Notes: generated by a model not told the origin, from the sequence alone. A DNA stretch of 25,243 nucleotides from Spirochaetia bacterium (GCA_963662265.2 CAXXHA010000007.1:1-25243), one strand, 5' to 3'. Numbered from the stretch's first letter, positions 9,188 to 18,589 are shown. Made by a program: numbers and translations.

Positions 9188-9413
9188 AATTCCAAGGACG
9201 GAATTATGCCGAGTGTCCATGGATGGACAATGACGAGGCGAATTCCAATGACGGAATTATGCCGAGTGTCCAAGGATGGACAACGACGAGGCGAATTCCA
9301 ATGACGGTATTATGCCGAGTGTCTTATTATCCCGTGTATGGAGTATACGGGGCATGGACACCTGTCCCGATTTTACGAGGGATGGACAATACAGGGCGAA
9401 TTACAAGGATGGA
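9188..9413 (+). repeat. 53-bp tandem repeat of double hairpins with ANGGA motifs (2 full, 1 partial, 1 degenerate copy)
   Basis: Units at 9188-9240 and 9241-9293, partial 9294-9323, degenerate ~9378-9413. Unit 1 has AATTCC-AAGGAC-GGAATT and TGTCC-ATGGAT-GGACA; unit 2 has loops AATGAC and AAGGAT. Extra hairpin CCCGTGTA-TGGAG-TATACGGG at 9331-9351. Confidence 0.9.
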
Positions 9414-9419
9414 ACAGGG

Positions 9420-10040
9420 TTATTTCTGTATCGATAATTCATAATCGCAGTTCTCTCTTCTGTTGAAGTTATGAATAGAGTATTCTGCCCCGCATTTCAT
9501 ACACCTGAAAGGATGTTTCCTCTGTTCCGGGTTGTACTTGAATACTGTATCTTTACACAGGCTGCAGGTTGCTAACTGGGAATTTATTTTCAGTTCAAGT
9601 GTAGATCCCCGGGGAATTGCAGAACATGGATATTTTTCTATTTCATGTGTATCTTTAACCGAATCATTAATCAGGTAATCAATAGCAGTTTTTTTAGATT
9701 CAAAGACCCTGAAATTATTGAGATAAAAACTTGCAAGTTTTTTTGTGAAATCGTTGGTTTTGTCATCCTTTCCGGAAATAAAAGCAATTTTTTCCGGAGT
9801 AAAGATGTTGGGAAGATAGAAAATTGTATTATAAAAATAGTCACATTTTTTAATGAAATTATCGTTGTTCAGAAGATCAGATGCATCAAAAAGATATTTT
9901 TTTATGTTTAGCTTTTTACCCAGCTGAAAAGACCTTTTAGTCATCAAGTCTGACTGCTGCATGTTGAAAATACCTGAATACTTTACATATATAAATGAGG
10001 AGCACTGCATTTGTATTATTCTGAAACTGTTCAACTTCAT
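9420..10040 (-). CDS. Hypothetical protein: possible SpoIIAA/STAS-like domain plus C-terminal Zn ribbon
   Basis: Likely ATG at 10040 (MKLNSFRII). Patterns KYLFDASDL, KIAFI and FRVFESKKTAIDYL resemble SpoIIAA-like folds; CSLC...CMKCG near the C-terminus. AT-rich. Confidence 0.6.
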   Translation of the reverse strand: MKLNSFRIIQMQCSSFIYVKYSGIFNMQQSDLMTKRSFQLGKKLNIKKYLFDASDLLNNDNFIKKCDYFYNTIFYLPNIFTPEKIAFISGKDDKTNDFTKKLASFYLNNFRVFESKKTAIDYLINDSVKDTHEIEKYPCSAIPRGSTLELKINSQLATCSLCKDTVFKYNPEQRKHPFRCMKCGAEYSIHNFNRRENCDYELSIQK

Positions 10041-10276
10041 TATGTTTTCAGCCAGTAATGTTTTCAATTCAATATTTCCCAAGCATATGATGATCAAACT
10101 TAATAAAATTATAATGAAGTTATTTAACTTGATATTTTGAAATAGATATTTATTTTAACCCTGAAAGAAACATTCTGCAAGTTATTTATAAATCCGGATT
10201 CAAAACAGGATATCGGCAGCCTTGAGTTAATTGAAATATAAAATGAGAAGCAGCAGGATTATAAAAAGAACAATAT

Positions 10277-10843
10277 CTAGTTTAGTATTATATCTTCAAG
10301 CTTCCTCTTGGGGACATGGTGTACCTGTTTTTCATCTCTCCAGTATTTTATATCAGAATTATCTTTTAACTCTTCAAGTAAGACTTTCTCCTTTGGTTTT
10401 CCAAGGGCAATTACCATCAGTATTTCATACTTTGCCGGAATATCAAGATCATTTCTTAGTGAATCCTTCTTAATGAGTCCGAACATGCATCCTCCAAGCC
10501 CTTTTTCAACAGCCCCGAGAAGTATGCTCTGGGCAGCAATGCCGTGGTCCCAGAAGAAATTTGTGTTTATATCTGTGTCGCCGAGGACAACTATATATGC
10601 AGATGGTTTTTCCCCATCTTCAGGGCCGTCCCAGTCTTTAAGGTAGCTTGCCCACATCAGGTTAGGAAATATTTTTCTGTTCATATCTTCTTCTGTTGAA
10701 ATAATATACTTGAGCGCCTGCATATTTCCCCCAGATGATGAAAGCCTTGCAAGGTCAATAAGTTCTTCAACAGTTTTTCTATCAATCTTTTCCTCGTAAA
10801 ATCTTCTGTAAGTCCTGTTTTTTGTAATTAAATCTCTAATCAT
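10277..10843 (-). CDS. Nitroreductase family protein
   Basis: NRTYRRF, ARLSSSGGNMQALKY, DHGIAAQSILLGAVEKGLGGC, IALGKP and HVPKR; GGGG SD upstream. Confidence 0.93.
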   Translation of the reverse strand: MIRDLITKNRTYRRFYEEKIDRKTVEELIDLARLSSSGGNMQALKYIISTEEDMNRKIFPNLMWASYLKDWDGPEDGEKPSAYIVVLGDTDINTNFFWDHGIAAQSILLGAVEKGLGGCMFGLIKKDSLRNDLDIPAKYEILMVIALGKPKEKVLLEELKDNSDIKYWRDEKQVHHVPKRKLEDIILN

Positions 10844-10949
10844 TTTATTCCCCTGTTTTTATTGAAAGCATTCAATTCCCAAGCCTGCAAATATATAAGA
10901 AATATGAATATAAATATTTACAGAATATCGGGCTAGTGACTTTTAATAA

Positions 10950-12614
10950 TTATTTCTCGTCAAGTACAGTCTCCCCTGTCCAGTCATCATCAAGAGGCGG
11001 CGCAACCATATAGTTGACTGTCCTGTCTTCAAATATCTTCAGCATGAAATCATCAGGAAGGTACTCCTGTGCTGTCTTGAAGTAATCAAATGCCTTGTTG
11101 AAATCCCTTTTGTAATAGCATTCCTGCCCATGGTGAAAATAGTCCCAGCCTGTTTTTGTTTCTGGTGTGATGCTTTTCTTGACAGCATAGATATTAACAC
11201 CTGTTTTCTTCCCCTTTACCTTTACCTTGTCAAGCATTCTGCATGGGTATACTCCTTCTATTTTCCTGTAGAGAGACTCCGATATTATAATCTGCTCTTT
11301 ATATTTCTTGGTAAGCCCCTCAAGACGGGATGCAAGATTAACCATATCGCCTATAACTGTATAATCCATTTTCTTTTCAGACCCGATATTTCCAACAGTT
11401 ACTACGCCGTAATTTATACCTATGCCTATCCTGAATTCCGATTTACCCTGTCTTCTTTCCCATTCATTGAAGTCATTCAGCTTGTCAATCATATCAAGCG
11501 CCGCGTTGACTGACTGGAGAGGGTCATCGTTATGCTTTACAGGTGCTCCGAAAAAAGCCATTATCGCATCCCCTATATACTTGTCAACTATTCCATTATG
11601 ACTCAGTATGACATCAACCATCATCTCAAAATATTTATTAAGTGAATTTACAAGGTCATCAGGCGCAAGCCCTTCCGATATTGTTGTAAAACTCCTTATG
11701 TCTGAAAAGAGTATAGAAAGTACCCTGTTTTCACCTACAAGCATTGCCTCCGGATGTGCAAAGAATGAATCAATTACATCTGTAGGGACATATTTCTGGA
11801 AGATGTTCCTGATTCTCATCTCTTTCTTGTGGGCGATAACTGCGTGAAGCGCATATTTTTTAAGCTGCATATACGCATGGTCAAGCTGCTCTGTCATTAT
11901 GTTGAAATAATGGCTTAGTTTTCCTGTCTCATCCTGGTAGAGAAGGGGAACTTTTTCCTTGAGATCATTTGTGGATATTATCGATTGGATTACACTAACT
12001 ACATGTTCAAGAGGTTTAGTTAGGTAGCCTGAAAAATACATGAGAAGGAAAAAAGCTATAAGCATGGAAACAGAAAGAACTATCGCAGTCCTCAGGTAAA
12101 TTACCATAATTGTATTGTAAATAACTTTTTTCTCGGCTGCGACAATTATATACCAGTTAAACGGCTTGAAAAATGATATCTGGGCAATGCTGTTTATCCC
12201 GCAAAGCTTCATTTCCTGCCACCCGGTTTTATCCGGGCCAAGAAAGCTGCATATATTACCTCCGTTGTCATTACTCTTGAGGAAATCAGGTTTGGTCGAG
12301 AAAAGAATATCTCCCTCTTCTGTGAATATGTTAATAGATTCAGTTTCCTTTCTGATAAGTGTGAATGCATGCTCCATCACAGCTTTCTTTGAAAGATCGA
12401 TATATTTCTCATCCTTATCAAGATTGTTTCTGACAAGTATGTCCCACTGGCTGTCCATATAATTGATAAATACATCGCTTTTGAATTTGAGAAAGTCATT
12501 TGCAATTACTGTAATACCGTTTCTTGTGGACAGGGATACTATGATTATAGTGAGAAGTAGCGGTGTTATTATCAATGGAAAAGTTATAAGAATTATTTTC
12601 GTCTTTATTCTCAT
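10950..12614 (-). CDS. Membrane class III adenylate cyclase (2 TM, periplasmic sensor, HAMP, cyclase, short TPR-like tail)
   Basis: Likely start MRIKTKIILITFP at 12614. HAMP LTKPL...DETGKLSHYFNIM; FSDIRSFT and VDKYIGDAIMA (metal Asp residues, adenine-specifying Lys); DYTVIGDMVNLASRLE; VKGK. Confidence 0.93.
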   Translation of the reverse strand: MRIKTKIILITFPLIITPLLLTIIIVSLSTRNGITVIANDFLKFKSDVFINYMDSQWDILVRNNLDKDEKYIDLSKKAVMEHAFTLIRKETESINIFTEEGDILFSTKPDFLKSNDNGGNICSFLGPDKTGWQEMKLCGINSIAQISFFKPFNWYIIVAAEKKVIYNTIMVIYLRTAIVLSVSMLIAFFLLMYFSGYLTKPLEHVVSVIQSIISTNDLKEKVPLLYQDETGKLSHYFNIMTEQLDHAYMQLKKYALHAVIAHKKEMRIRNIFQKYVPTDVIDSFFAHPEAMLVGENRVLSILFSDIRSFTTISEGLAPDDLVNSLNKYFEMMVDVILSHNGIVDKYIGDAIMAFFGAPVKHNDDPLQSVNAALDMIDKLNDFNEWERRQGKSEFRIGIGINYGVVTVGNIGSEKKMDYTVIGDMVNLASRLEGLTKKYKEQIIISESLYRKIEGVYPCRMLDKVKVKGKKTGVNIYAVKKSITPETKTGWDYFHHGQECYYKRDFNKAFDYFKTAQEYLPDDFMLKIFEDRTVNYMVAPPLDDDWTGETVLDEK

Positions 12615-12810
12615 CCAAATGCCTGTTTTTATATATTTAATTATAGTATTTACTTCTGAAAAAACAAATCCTATAATTAATTTTATGGGGGATGCTCTAC
12701 AAAAAGACTTTTTTTCCTGCCAGCTTTCCCTTGGTGCAATTATCTGAGGTAAAAACCTCAAAAGCGCGGTTTCTGGAAGTAACCGTAATTTATTTAAAAA
12801 TGGCGGTAAA

Positions 12811-14556
12811 ATGCATTCTCTGTTAGAAAAAGCTCTGGAAATACGCCGGAGAATAGAAGCTGAAGACCCGTTTTTTTTCAGTGATTCAGAAGAAGAGGAA
12901 CTTGATACTGTCCCGGCAGAGGAGCGTAAAAAGATTTTATCTCAACTTGATACTGTTGTGTCGAAAAACAGGGGGCTCCTGACGGCAGAACAGTTTACCT
13001 TTACCCCGCTGCACAAAGATTCTGTAATTCCTGCCGTTGTGAACATTGTTTCGTTGTTGCTTCTTGTTATTCTATCCTCAGTTTTCTTTATCTCCTTTAA
13101 TATTGACAGGAACAACATAATAGCAGTCTCTGAATATGATAATTCGGCAGGCGGAAAAATTATTGAAGTTCTTAGAAAAGAATCGGAAGCAAAACTGAAG
13201 GAGAAAGAGGGGGAAATATCACTTATCCAGTCCCGGCTTGCAACTCTCAGGGAAGCACACGAAAGTGTGCTTCAGGATACAGATGAAAAGATAAGGCAGA
13301 TTGAGGCTGAGATGAAACTTGATATGGAAGCTGAACTTGAAGCTGAAAGGATAAGGCTCCGGAATGAAGGTTTTTCAGAAGAGGAGATAAGAACACGTAT
13401 AATTGCAGTTGAAAATCAATATCAGTCAAGGCTTGAGATCCGGCTTGAAGAGTATGCGGCAGAGCAGGATATTATAAAAACAGAACTCAACAGGCAGATA
13501 ACTGAATATGAGGCAAGAATCGGAACTGCTCAGAGTGATGCCGCGCTTCTTGAAAAGGATCTTGCAGCTTACAAGGCAGAATCCGAGGTCCAGCAGCAGG
13601 AATCATCCCTGCAGAAAGAGAGGCTTGAGAGTCTTAAGAGGGAAAGAAGGGAAGAGAAGCTGATCACAGACCAGATAAATGCTGGATATACAGAAGCTGG
13701 AAATCTGCTGAAGGAAAAGAAATACGAAGAAGCATCAATAAGCCTGGATAATCTTGAAAATTTTATAAACAGCCCTGAAATATCATCTTTCCAGTTTATG
13801 TCGGAAAGGAGGGGAATGGATTTTCTGATGATAGGTTCACTCAGAAAGCTTGCAGAAGTTGAAACAGGACAGAATACTGTTTTTATCCCTTCCGATTCCG
13901 CCGCAGTTACTGCTGTTAAAGCTGACCCGGAGACTTTAAAAAATGCTGATAATTTCCTTCAGATAGGAAAGCTGATGAATTCAGGTAATGAAAGTTACAG
14001 GAACAACGATATAGAATCTGCAGGAAAATCCTATGAAACTGCATTTTCTATTCTGCCTGAACTTGGCGAAGGGGTTGATAATATTTTAAACATTGAGAAG
14101 AGCAGGCAGTTTGATGAAAACATGGAAAAAATAAAGCTTTCAGTAGCGGAAAGGGAGAGGCTTGAAAATCTTGGTGAAAAGGAAAACAGCAGAATAGCAT
14201 TGAGCCGAAACCTTGATAAATTCAGAAAAGGGATAATTGTATCTGATTCAGAAAGAAGCGAAAGGATGAAAACCCTTGTTCCTCTTCTTCAGACAAAGCT
14301 GAAGGTACGGAGGATACTCTCTGCAGATAGTGATCTTAACGATGATCCCGAGCTTTTCAGAAAGCTTGAGCAGTATATCAGGGCTTACGGCAGGGAAAAG
14401 GAGAGTGAAGGGATTGAAAAAGGTTTAAATGAAGTAAACTCAATAATAAGGTCAATTCTCAATTCTGATGTGTCTGTATATTACCAGGTTGATGAAAACA
14501 GGGAACTTGAGTTTTTCTTCCTGATGGATGGTTTTGAGAAGCTTATCGGTTACTGA
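12811..14556 (+). CDS. Hypothetical single-TM protein with long coiled coil and TPR-like helices
   Basis: 581-aa ORF; acidic N-terminal region, TM at aa ~72-97, E/K/R-rich heptads at aa ~120-285, then KKYEEASISL and GNESYRNNDIESAGKSYETAF TPR-like segments. Confidence 0.75.
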   Translation: MHSLLEKALEIRRRIEAEDPFFFSDSEEEELDTVPAEERKKILSQLDTVVSKNRGLLTAEQFTFTPLHKDSVIPAVVNIVSLLLLVILSSVFFISFNIDRNNIIAVSEYDNSAGGKIIEVLRKESEAKLKEKEGEISLIQSRLATLREAHESVLQDTDEKIRQIEAEMKLDMEAELEAERIRLRNEGFSEEEIRTRIIAVENQYQSRLEIRLEEYAAEQDIIKTELNRQITEYEARIGTAQSDAALLEKDLAAYKAESEVQQQESSLQKERLESLKRERREEKLITDQINAGYTEAGNLLKEKKYEEASISLDNLENFINSPEISSFQFMSERRGMDFLMIGSLRKLAEVETGQNTVFIPSDSAAVTAVKADPETLKNADNFLQIGKLMNSGNESYRNNDIESAGKSYETAFSILPELGEGVDNILNIEKSRQFDENMEKIKLSVAERERLENLGEKENSRIALSRNLDKFRKGIIVSDSERSERMKTLVPLLQTKLKVRRILSADSDLNDDPELFRKLEQYIRAYGREKESEGIEKGLNEVNSIIRSILNSDVSVYYQVDENRELEFFFLMDGFEKLIGY

Positions 14557-14644
14557 TTTACTAAAGCAAAAGCCATCTCTTATGGTGGTTGTTGATTTTT
14601 ATTTACATTTTGAAAGCTGCATATCTGCTTAATAAACTGATATT

Positions 14645-14665
14645 TTCCCTGTGACAGACAGGGAA
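14645..14665. terminator. Stem-loop between convergent genes
   Basis: TTCCCTGT-GACAG-ACAGGGAA perfect 8-bp stem with AT-rich flanks; no clear U-tract. Confidence 0.4.
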
Positions 14666-14825
14666 GTAATAAAAGACAGCCTCTTAAAATAATAAATCGG
14701 ATAAAAATCTTAAGACTGTTAAATGGCATTCAGCTCAGATCTAAACAGATCTGCAGAATATATCTCATGTTCTCAAAAAAAGAGGATTCTATTTGACAGA
14801 TATAAATCAGATCACTCAGCAGATT

Positions 14826-17276
14826 CTAAGGCCTGGCACTAATGTATAGTGTGTATACAGATCCTGCGACTTTAGACTGCACTCCAATCTTGTAGACACC
14901 ACCCGCTGTCAGATTGCTTCTCTGAAAAGGAGGACTTGCCGGCTCAGAAGCAGTATCTGTATCTGTTGAGCTCGCAACTGTTGATGAATTACTCCACAGT
15001 GTAAAATCAAGTATATCTGCACCAGGAGACCACTCAGCATAAATATCAATCTTTTTTATTCCAGGGGCGAATGTAAATTTATATGTATCATAGACTCCTG
15101 TAGCATCAGTTGTGCCTGTCACCTTGATAATCTGATTTGCATCGAGGTTGCCTCCGACAAGTACTGTATCAAGATCATTGACTATTGCTGCAACTGGTCC
15201 TGAATCATTATTAGGCTCAACTTCTGTGTATGTTTCAGCAACTTCGACTGATGCCGGGGTAACATAGGTGTTGTTTGTTATATCTATTTCATCAGGTGCG
15301 CTGAGTGTCACTATAAAGAAGTAATTTGCTCCGAAGGCAGGCCAGGAAACATCGCTGAAATGCTGTGATAGTGAATTTGTATTTGCTGCAAGAGCTCCTG
15401 CGCTTCCTGTTTTTATATTGATATCACTCCCGTCATATATGGTGTCAAAAGATCTGTAAACATTCCATAAAATGGACTGACTTCCGTCTCCGGCTGAAAC
15501 ACTGTTGTTTATCACAAAGCTGTATTCCCCTCCAGCGCTCAGAAGCGCGCCGGGAGTACCTGAACTGGGAATGAGTGAAGATTGAACTGTGTAGTCAGGA
15601 GGTTCATTTACTGTAAAAGTCCCTACATATGTAATATTGTTTCCTGTTATTGTCTCATTGGATACTGTAAGGCTTATGATTATGTAATAGCTTCCCGGAG
15701 TTGAGGGCCAGAGGCCGTTTATCAGTATGTTGTTCACTTCCCCGCCCGAGGGAAGACCTGAAGGTGCTACTGTGCCTGATGCAATAGTATGGTCTCCTCC
15801 GATTGCTGTATCTGTCGATGCATAGGCTATCCAGTCAACCGGGTCAGATCCAGGAGCACCGCCTATATTTGATATGTCGAAGTACTCTGTAACTGGTCCG
15901 TTTGCAGTAACAACAGGGTAGGTTGAGGTTATATTATCAACTACATAGTCAATATCGCCTGCTGAAGTTATTATAAACTGGCTGCTTGTCCCTGTATTGT
16001 TTACAGGGTTTATATCATCAGGTGCAGATACCCTTACAAGGATATAGTAAGTCCCTGATGTCGGCGGCCATGTGCCTGATATTGTGATCCCCCCGGAAGT
16101 TGTTTCTGCTCCTAGAGCTGGAGCAGTACCTGAATCAATTACTGTGTCGCTTCCGTCTATTGTTTCATTTGCAGATCTGTAGGCTGTCCAGCTTACATTG
16201 CTGCTTCCCGGATCAGTTCCTGAATTCCTGTAGGTGAATGACTCGTTTATTGCAGTACCTGTCGCAGCGGGAGTATTTACTTCTGAAACAGAGTTAACTA
16301 TATAGTCAATTGATGCAACAGGAGGATCAGATACAGTAATAACTGCGGATGATCCGCTGTTGTTTAGCTGGTTAAGGTCATCGGAAGCTGAAATTACAAT
16401 TACAATAAAATAGTCATCCCCTTCATCAGGCCATGTGCCTGTAGCTGTCACATTGCCTGAATCTGCCAGTGATGCTATGGGGCCTATAGTTCCTGTCGAT
16501 GCGATTTCATCGCCTGCACCAGCGGAAGCATCGGAAGAAATATATGCTGTCCAGCTGATATTTTCTGAACCGTCTGATGAACCTGTATTTGTTATAACGA
16601 AATCAGCACTAAGGGCTCCTCCCCCGGTTGTGCCGCCTGTATTTGTCACAGAAGTAACTTCATAGTCCACATTTGTGACAATATCTGTCACTGTTACAGT
16701 TGCATTGTCGGTGGCAGGTGTCGGGACTGCGCTGTCTGTAACCCTTACAGTCGCACCTCCTGTTGTATTGGGCGCTGTGTAAAGCCCCCCTGCAGTTATT
16801 CCTCCGATTCCAGCGGTAAGGGAAAATGTATATGGGGGAGTTCCTCCTGTTGCTGTGAAATTTGCAGTTGATCCCTTGTAGACACTTATAGAGGTGGGGC
16901 TTATTACAAGTACTGGTGTTCCCCCACCAATGATAATTTCAACAGATGCAGTTATTATGCTTCCGTAGCTGTCTTTTACAGATATTACAGCGTTCCCTGT
17001 AGTTCCGGGAGCTGTGTAGAGACCGGTTATTGAGTCAATTGTACCTCCACCGGAGACAATTGAATATGTATAACCAGGGACACCCCCTTCTGCGCTGAAG
17101 GATACTGTTTCATTTACACCCAGCTGAGCTGTCCCTGGAAGGATTGCAAGCATTTTACCTTCAGGTCCGTCAAGTGTCTCTTCAAGTGTGAAATCCTGTG
17201 TGCAGGTTACCAGAGATGAGATAAGAAAAATCAATGAAAATATGATAATTTCAGATATCAATTTTTTCATTTTCAT
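14826..17276 (-). CDS. Large surface lipoprotein: 2 Ig-like repeats, 4 CARDB-like repeats, C-terminal PPC/collagen-binding-like domain
   Basis: MKMKKLI-hydrophobic-SSLVT|C lipobox-like signal. Two F.A.GG.P.YT.S...GLYTAP.TTG.A repeats. Four ~120-aa repeats DY.V...F.I.N.G...W..Y.S...WP...Y.I...D....NN starting ~16670, 16310, 15953, 15600. Final domain TEVEPNND...YDTYKF. T/S/G rich. Confidence 0.8.
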   Translation of the reverse strand: MKMKKLISEIIIFSLIFLISSLVTCTQDFTLEETLDGPEGKMLAILPGTAQLGVNETVSFSAEGGVPGYTYSIVSGGGTIDSITGLYTAPGTTGNAVISVKDSYGSIITASVEIIIGGGTPVLVISPTSISVYKGSTANFTATGGTPPYTFSLTAGIGGITAGGLYTAPNTTGGATVRVTDSAVPTPATDNATVTVTDIVTNVDYEVTSVTNTGGTTGGGALSADFVITNTGSSDGSENISWTAYISSDASAGAGDEIASTGTIGPIASLADSGNVTATGTWPDEGDDYFIVIVISASDDLNQLNNSGSSAVITVSDPPVASIDYIVNSVSEVNTPAATGTAINESFTYRNSGTDPGSSNVSWTAYRSANETIDGSDTVIDSGTAPALGAETTSGGITISGTWPPTSGTYYILVRVSAPDDINPVNNTGTSSQFIITSAGDIDYVVDNITSTYPVVTANGPVTEYFDISNIGGAPGSDPVDWIAYASTDTAIGGDHTIASGTVAPSGLPSGGEVNNILINGLWPSTPGSYYIIISLTVSNETITGNNITYVGTFTVNEPPDYTVQSSLIPSSGTPGALLSAGGEYSFVINNSVSAGDGSQSILWNVYRSFDTIYDGSDINIKTGSAGALAANTNSLSQHFSDVSWPAFGANYFFIVTLSAPDEIDITNNTYVTPASVEVAETYTEVEPNNDSGPVAAIVNDLDTVLVGGNLDANQIIKVTGTTDATGVYDTYKFTFAPGIKKIDIYAEWSPGADILDFTLWSNSSTVASSTDTDTASEPASPPFQRSNLTAGGVYKIGVQSKVAGSVYTLYISARP

Positions 17277-17294
17277 GCCCCGGAATAATTCCGA

Positions 17295-18329
17295 TTATAT
17301 TTTTATGTTTACCCCCAGTGCAGGGGAAAACCCTGTAATTAAAACAGACTGTTCGAAGTAAAATGAATACCTGAGATGTACGTACCCTTTCCATAAACGG
17401 CTGACCTGTTTTTCAACCCCTCCGCCGAAAGAAAAATAGGGAAACATTGTTGATCTGGTATCTTCAATATCTGATTTCATCATGAAGACAGTTGTTCCCA
17501 GCGCCGCATCTGTAAAAAAGGTCAGCTGCTCACTCAGGCTGAATAGAATCCTTGCTTCAGGACCGAATGTCAGGAATGTGTTGTCTGATGATATGAGTAC
17601 CCCTTCAGATGAAAATTTGTTTGCAAGGAGAAAAATACCGCCGTAAAAATCAAAATTACTGATTTTCAGGGGATAGCCGCCGTATAGATAGAATTCCCAT
17701 CCATGTGTGAAATACTTACCGGCTTTTCCCGTTGTCATAAACGGCGATAAAGCTGCCGAGAGAAGTATTTGATTATTATCCTCTTCGTAGAGACTGTTTT
17801 CATCTTCTGTAATTATTTCAGGAATAAACTGCTGTTCCTCCGGTTTTTCCTGAATAACTTCCCGGTTTTCGGGAATATTTTCATTTATTTTTTTTATAAC
17901 CTCAGTCATTGATTCATTTATAGCGGAATCAAGGAAAAATCCTATCTGTTCCTCTTTTTCAATTGATATAAGCTGTTCTTTTTTTTCAGCCTCATAACAT
18001 TCAATCCTGAAGGTGATCTGGTCATTGTTAAGTTCGTAGCTGTCAATAATAATAAACTGTGATCCTGATTCTTCTGCGGAAGAAAGCATGTCATCGATAA
18101 TTAATAGTTCTTTTTCTATCCTGGAATTTGGTGCATCGAAACCGGCTATTTTAAGTTCAAGAAGTATTGAATCATTTATAACTTCGCCAAGTGTTATAAG
18201 GCTTTTATCTTCCGGGAGGACCATGTATGTCCTCACCGAAGCCCTGTAGTTTTCGGCGGAAAAAATCTGATAAAGAGGAAATAAAAATAATAATACCATT
18301 AAATACTTATGGTATATGTTTTTTCTCAC
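17295..18329 (-). CDS. Putative outer-membrane protein: periplasmic alpha/beta domain, acidic linker, ~8-strand beta-barrel
   Basis: Signal-peptide-like N-terminus; alternating aromatic/Gly strands (GWEFYLYGGY, LTFGPEARI, PYFSFGGGVE, YVHLRYSFY); ends in ALGVNIKI. Confidence 0.65.
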   Translation of the reverse strand: MRKNIYHKYLMVLLFLFPLYQIFSAENYRASVRTYMVLPEDKSLITLGEVINDSILLELKIAGFDAPNSRIEKELLIIDDMLSSAEESGSQFIIIDSYELNNDQITFRIECYEAEKKEQLISIEKEEQIGFFLDSAINESMTEVIKKINENIPENREVIQEKPEEQQFIPEIITEDENSLYEEDNNQILLSAALSPFMTTGKAGKYFTHGWEFYLYGGYPLKISNFDFYGGIFLLANKFSSEGVLISSDNTFLTFGPEARILFSLSEQLTFFTDAALGTTVFMMKSDIEDTRSTMFPYFSFGGGVEKQVSRLWKGYVHLRYSFYFEQSVLITGFSPALGVNIKI

Positions 18330-18589
18330 TTTAATGACCTGGCCATTTTTAATTTACATAAAAAATTCTAATCTACACTGTGCCGCAAATCAACATGAAC
18401 ATTTAAAATATCGTTTTTAATAAGTGATTTCTCATATTCAGCCGAATATATTTTTAGTATTTTGACTTAAAAATAATATTAAAAACCTTTTCATAATTAT
18501 GAAAATCTGAAAGAATTGGCATATATATTGAAAAATAAATATTTTTAATAATTATAAAAACAGTTTAGGGAAAAATTGCAAAGATAAGT

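Noticed and set aside
9188-9413. CRISPR array
   Set aside because: Units are contiguous near-identical tandem copies with no unique spacers, and there are no cas genes in the window.
9223-9444. 73-aa ORF across the repeat array
   Set aside because: The 53-bp period is not a multiple of 3, there is no convincing protein signal, and it overlaps the convergent gene's end.
12615-12761. N-terminal extension of the adenylate cyclase in the ORF track
   Set aside because: MRIKTKII immediately before TM1 is the typical start; the extension covers the AT-rich divergent promoter region.
12687-12785. Second degenerate copy of the 6574-6621 inverted repeat
   Set aside because: Only loose similarity (AAAACCTC...GCGGTTT); the arms do not pair convincingly.
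14731-14825. Five CAGAT pentamers downstream of the adhesin gene
   Set aside because: Too short and irregularly spaced to distinguish from low-complexity chance.
18330-18589. c-di-GMP riboswitch in the barrel/GGDEF divergent spacer
   Set aside because: No GEMM-like stems or tetraloop/receptor visible; the region is simply AT-rich.
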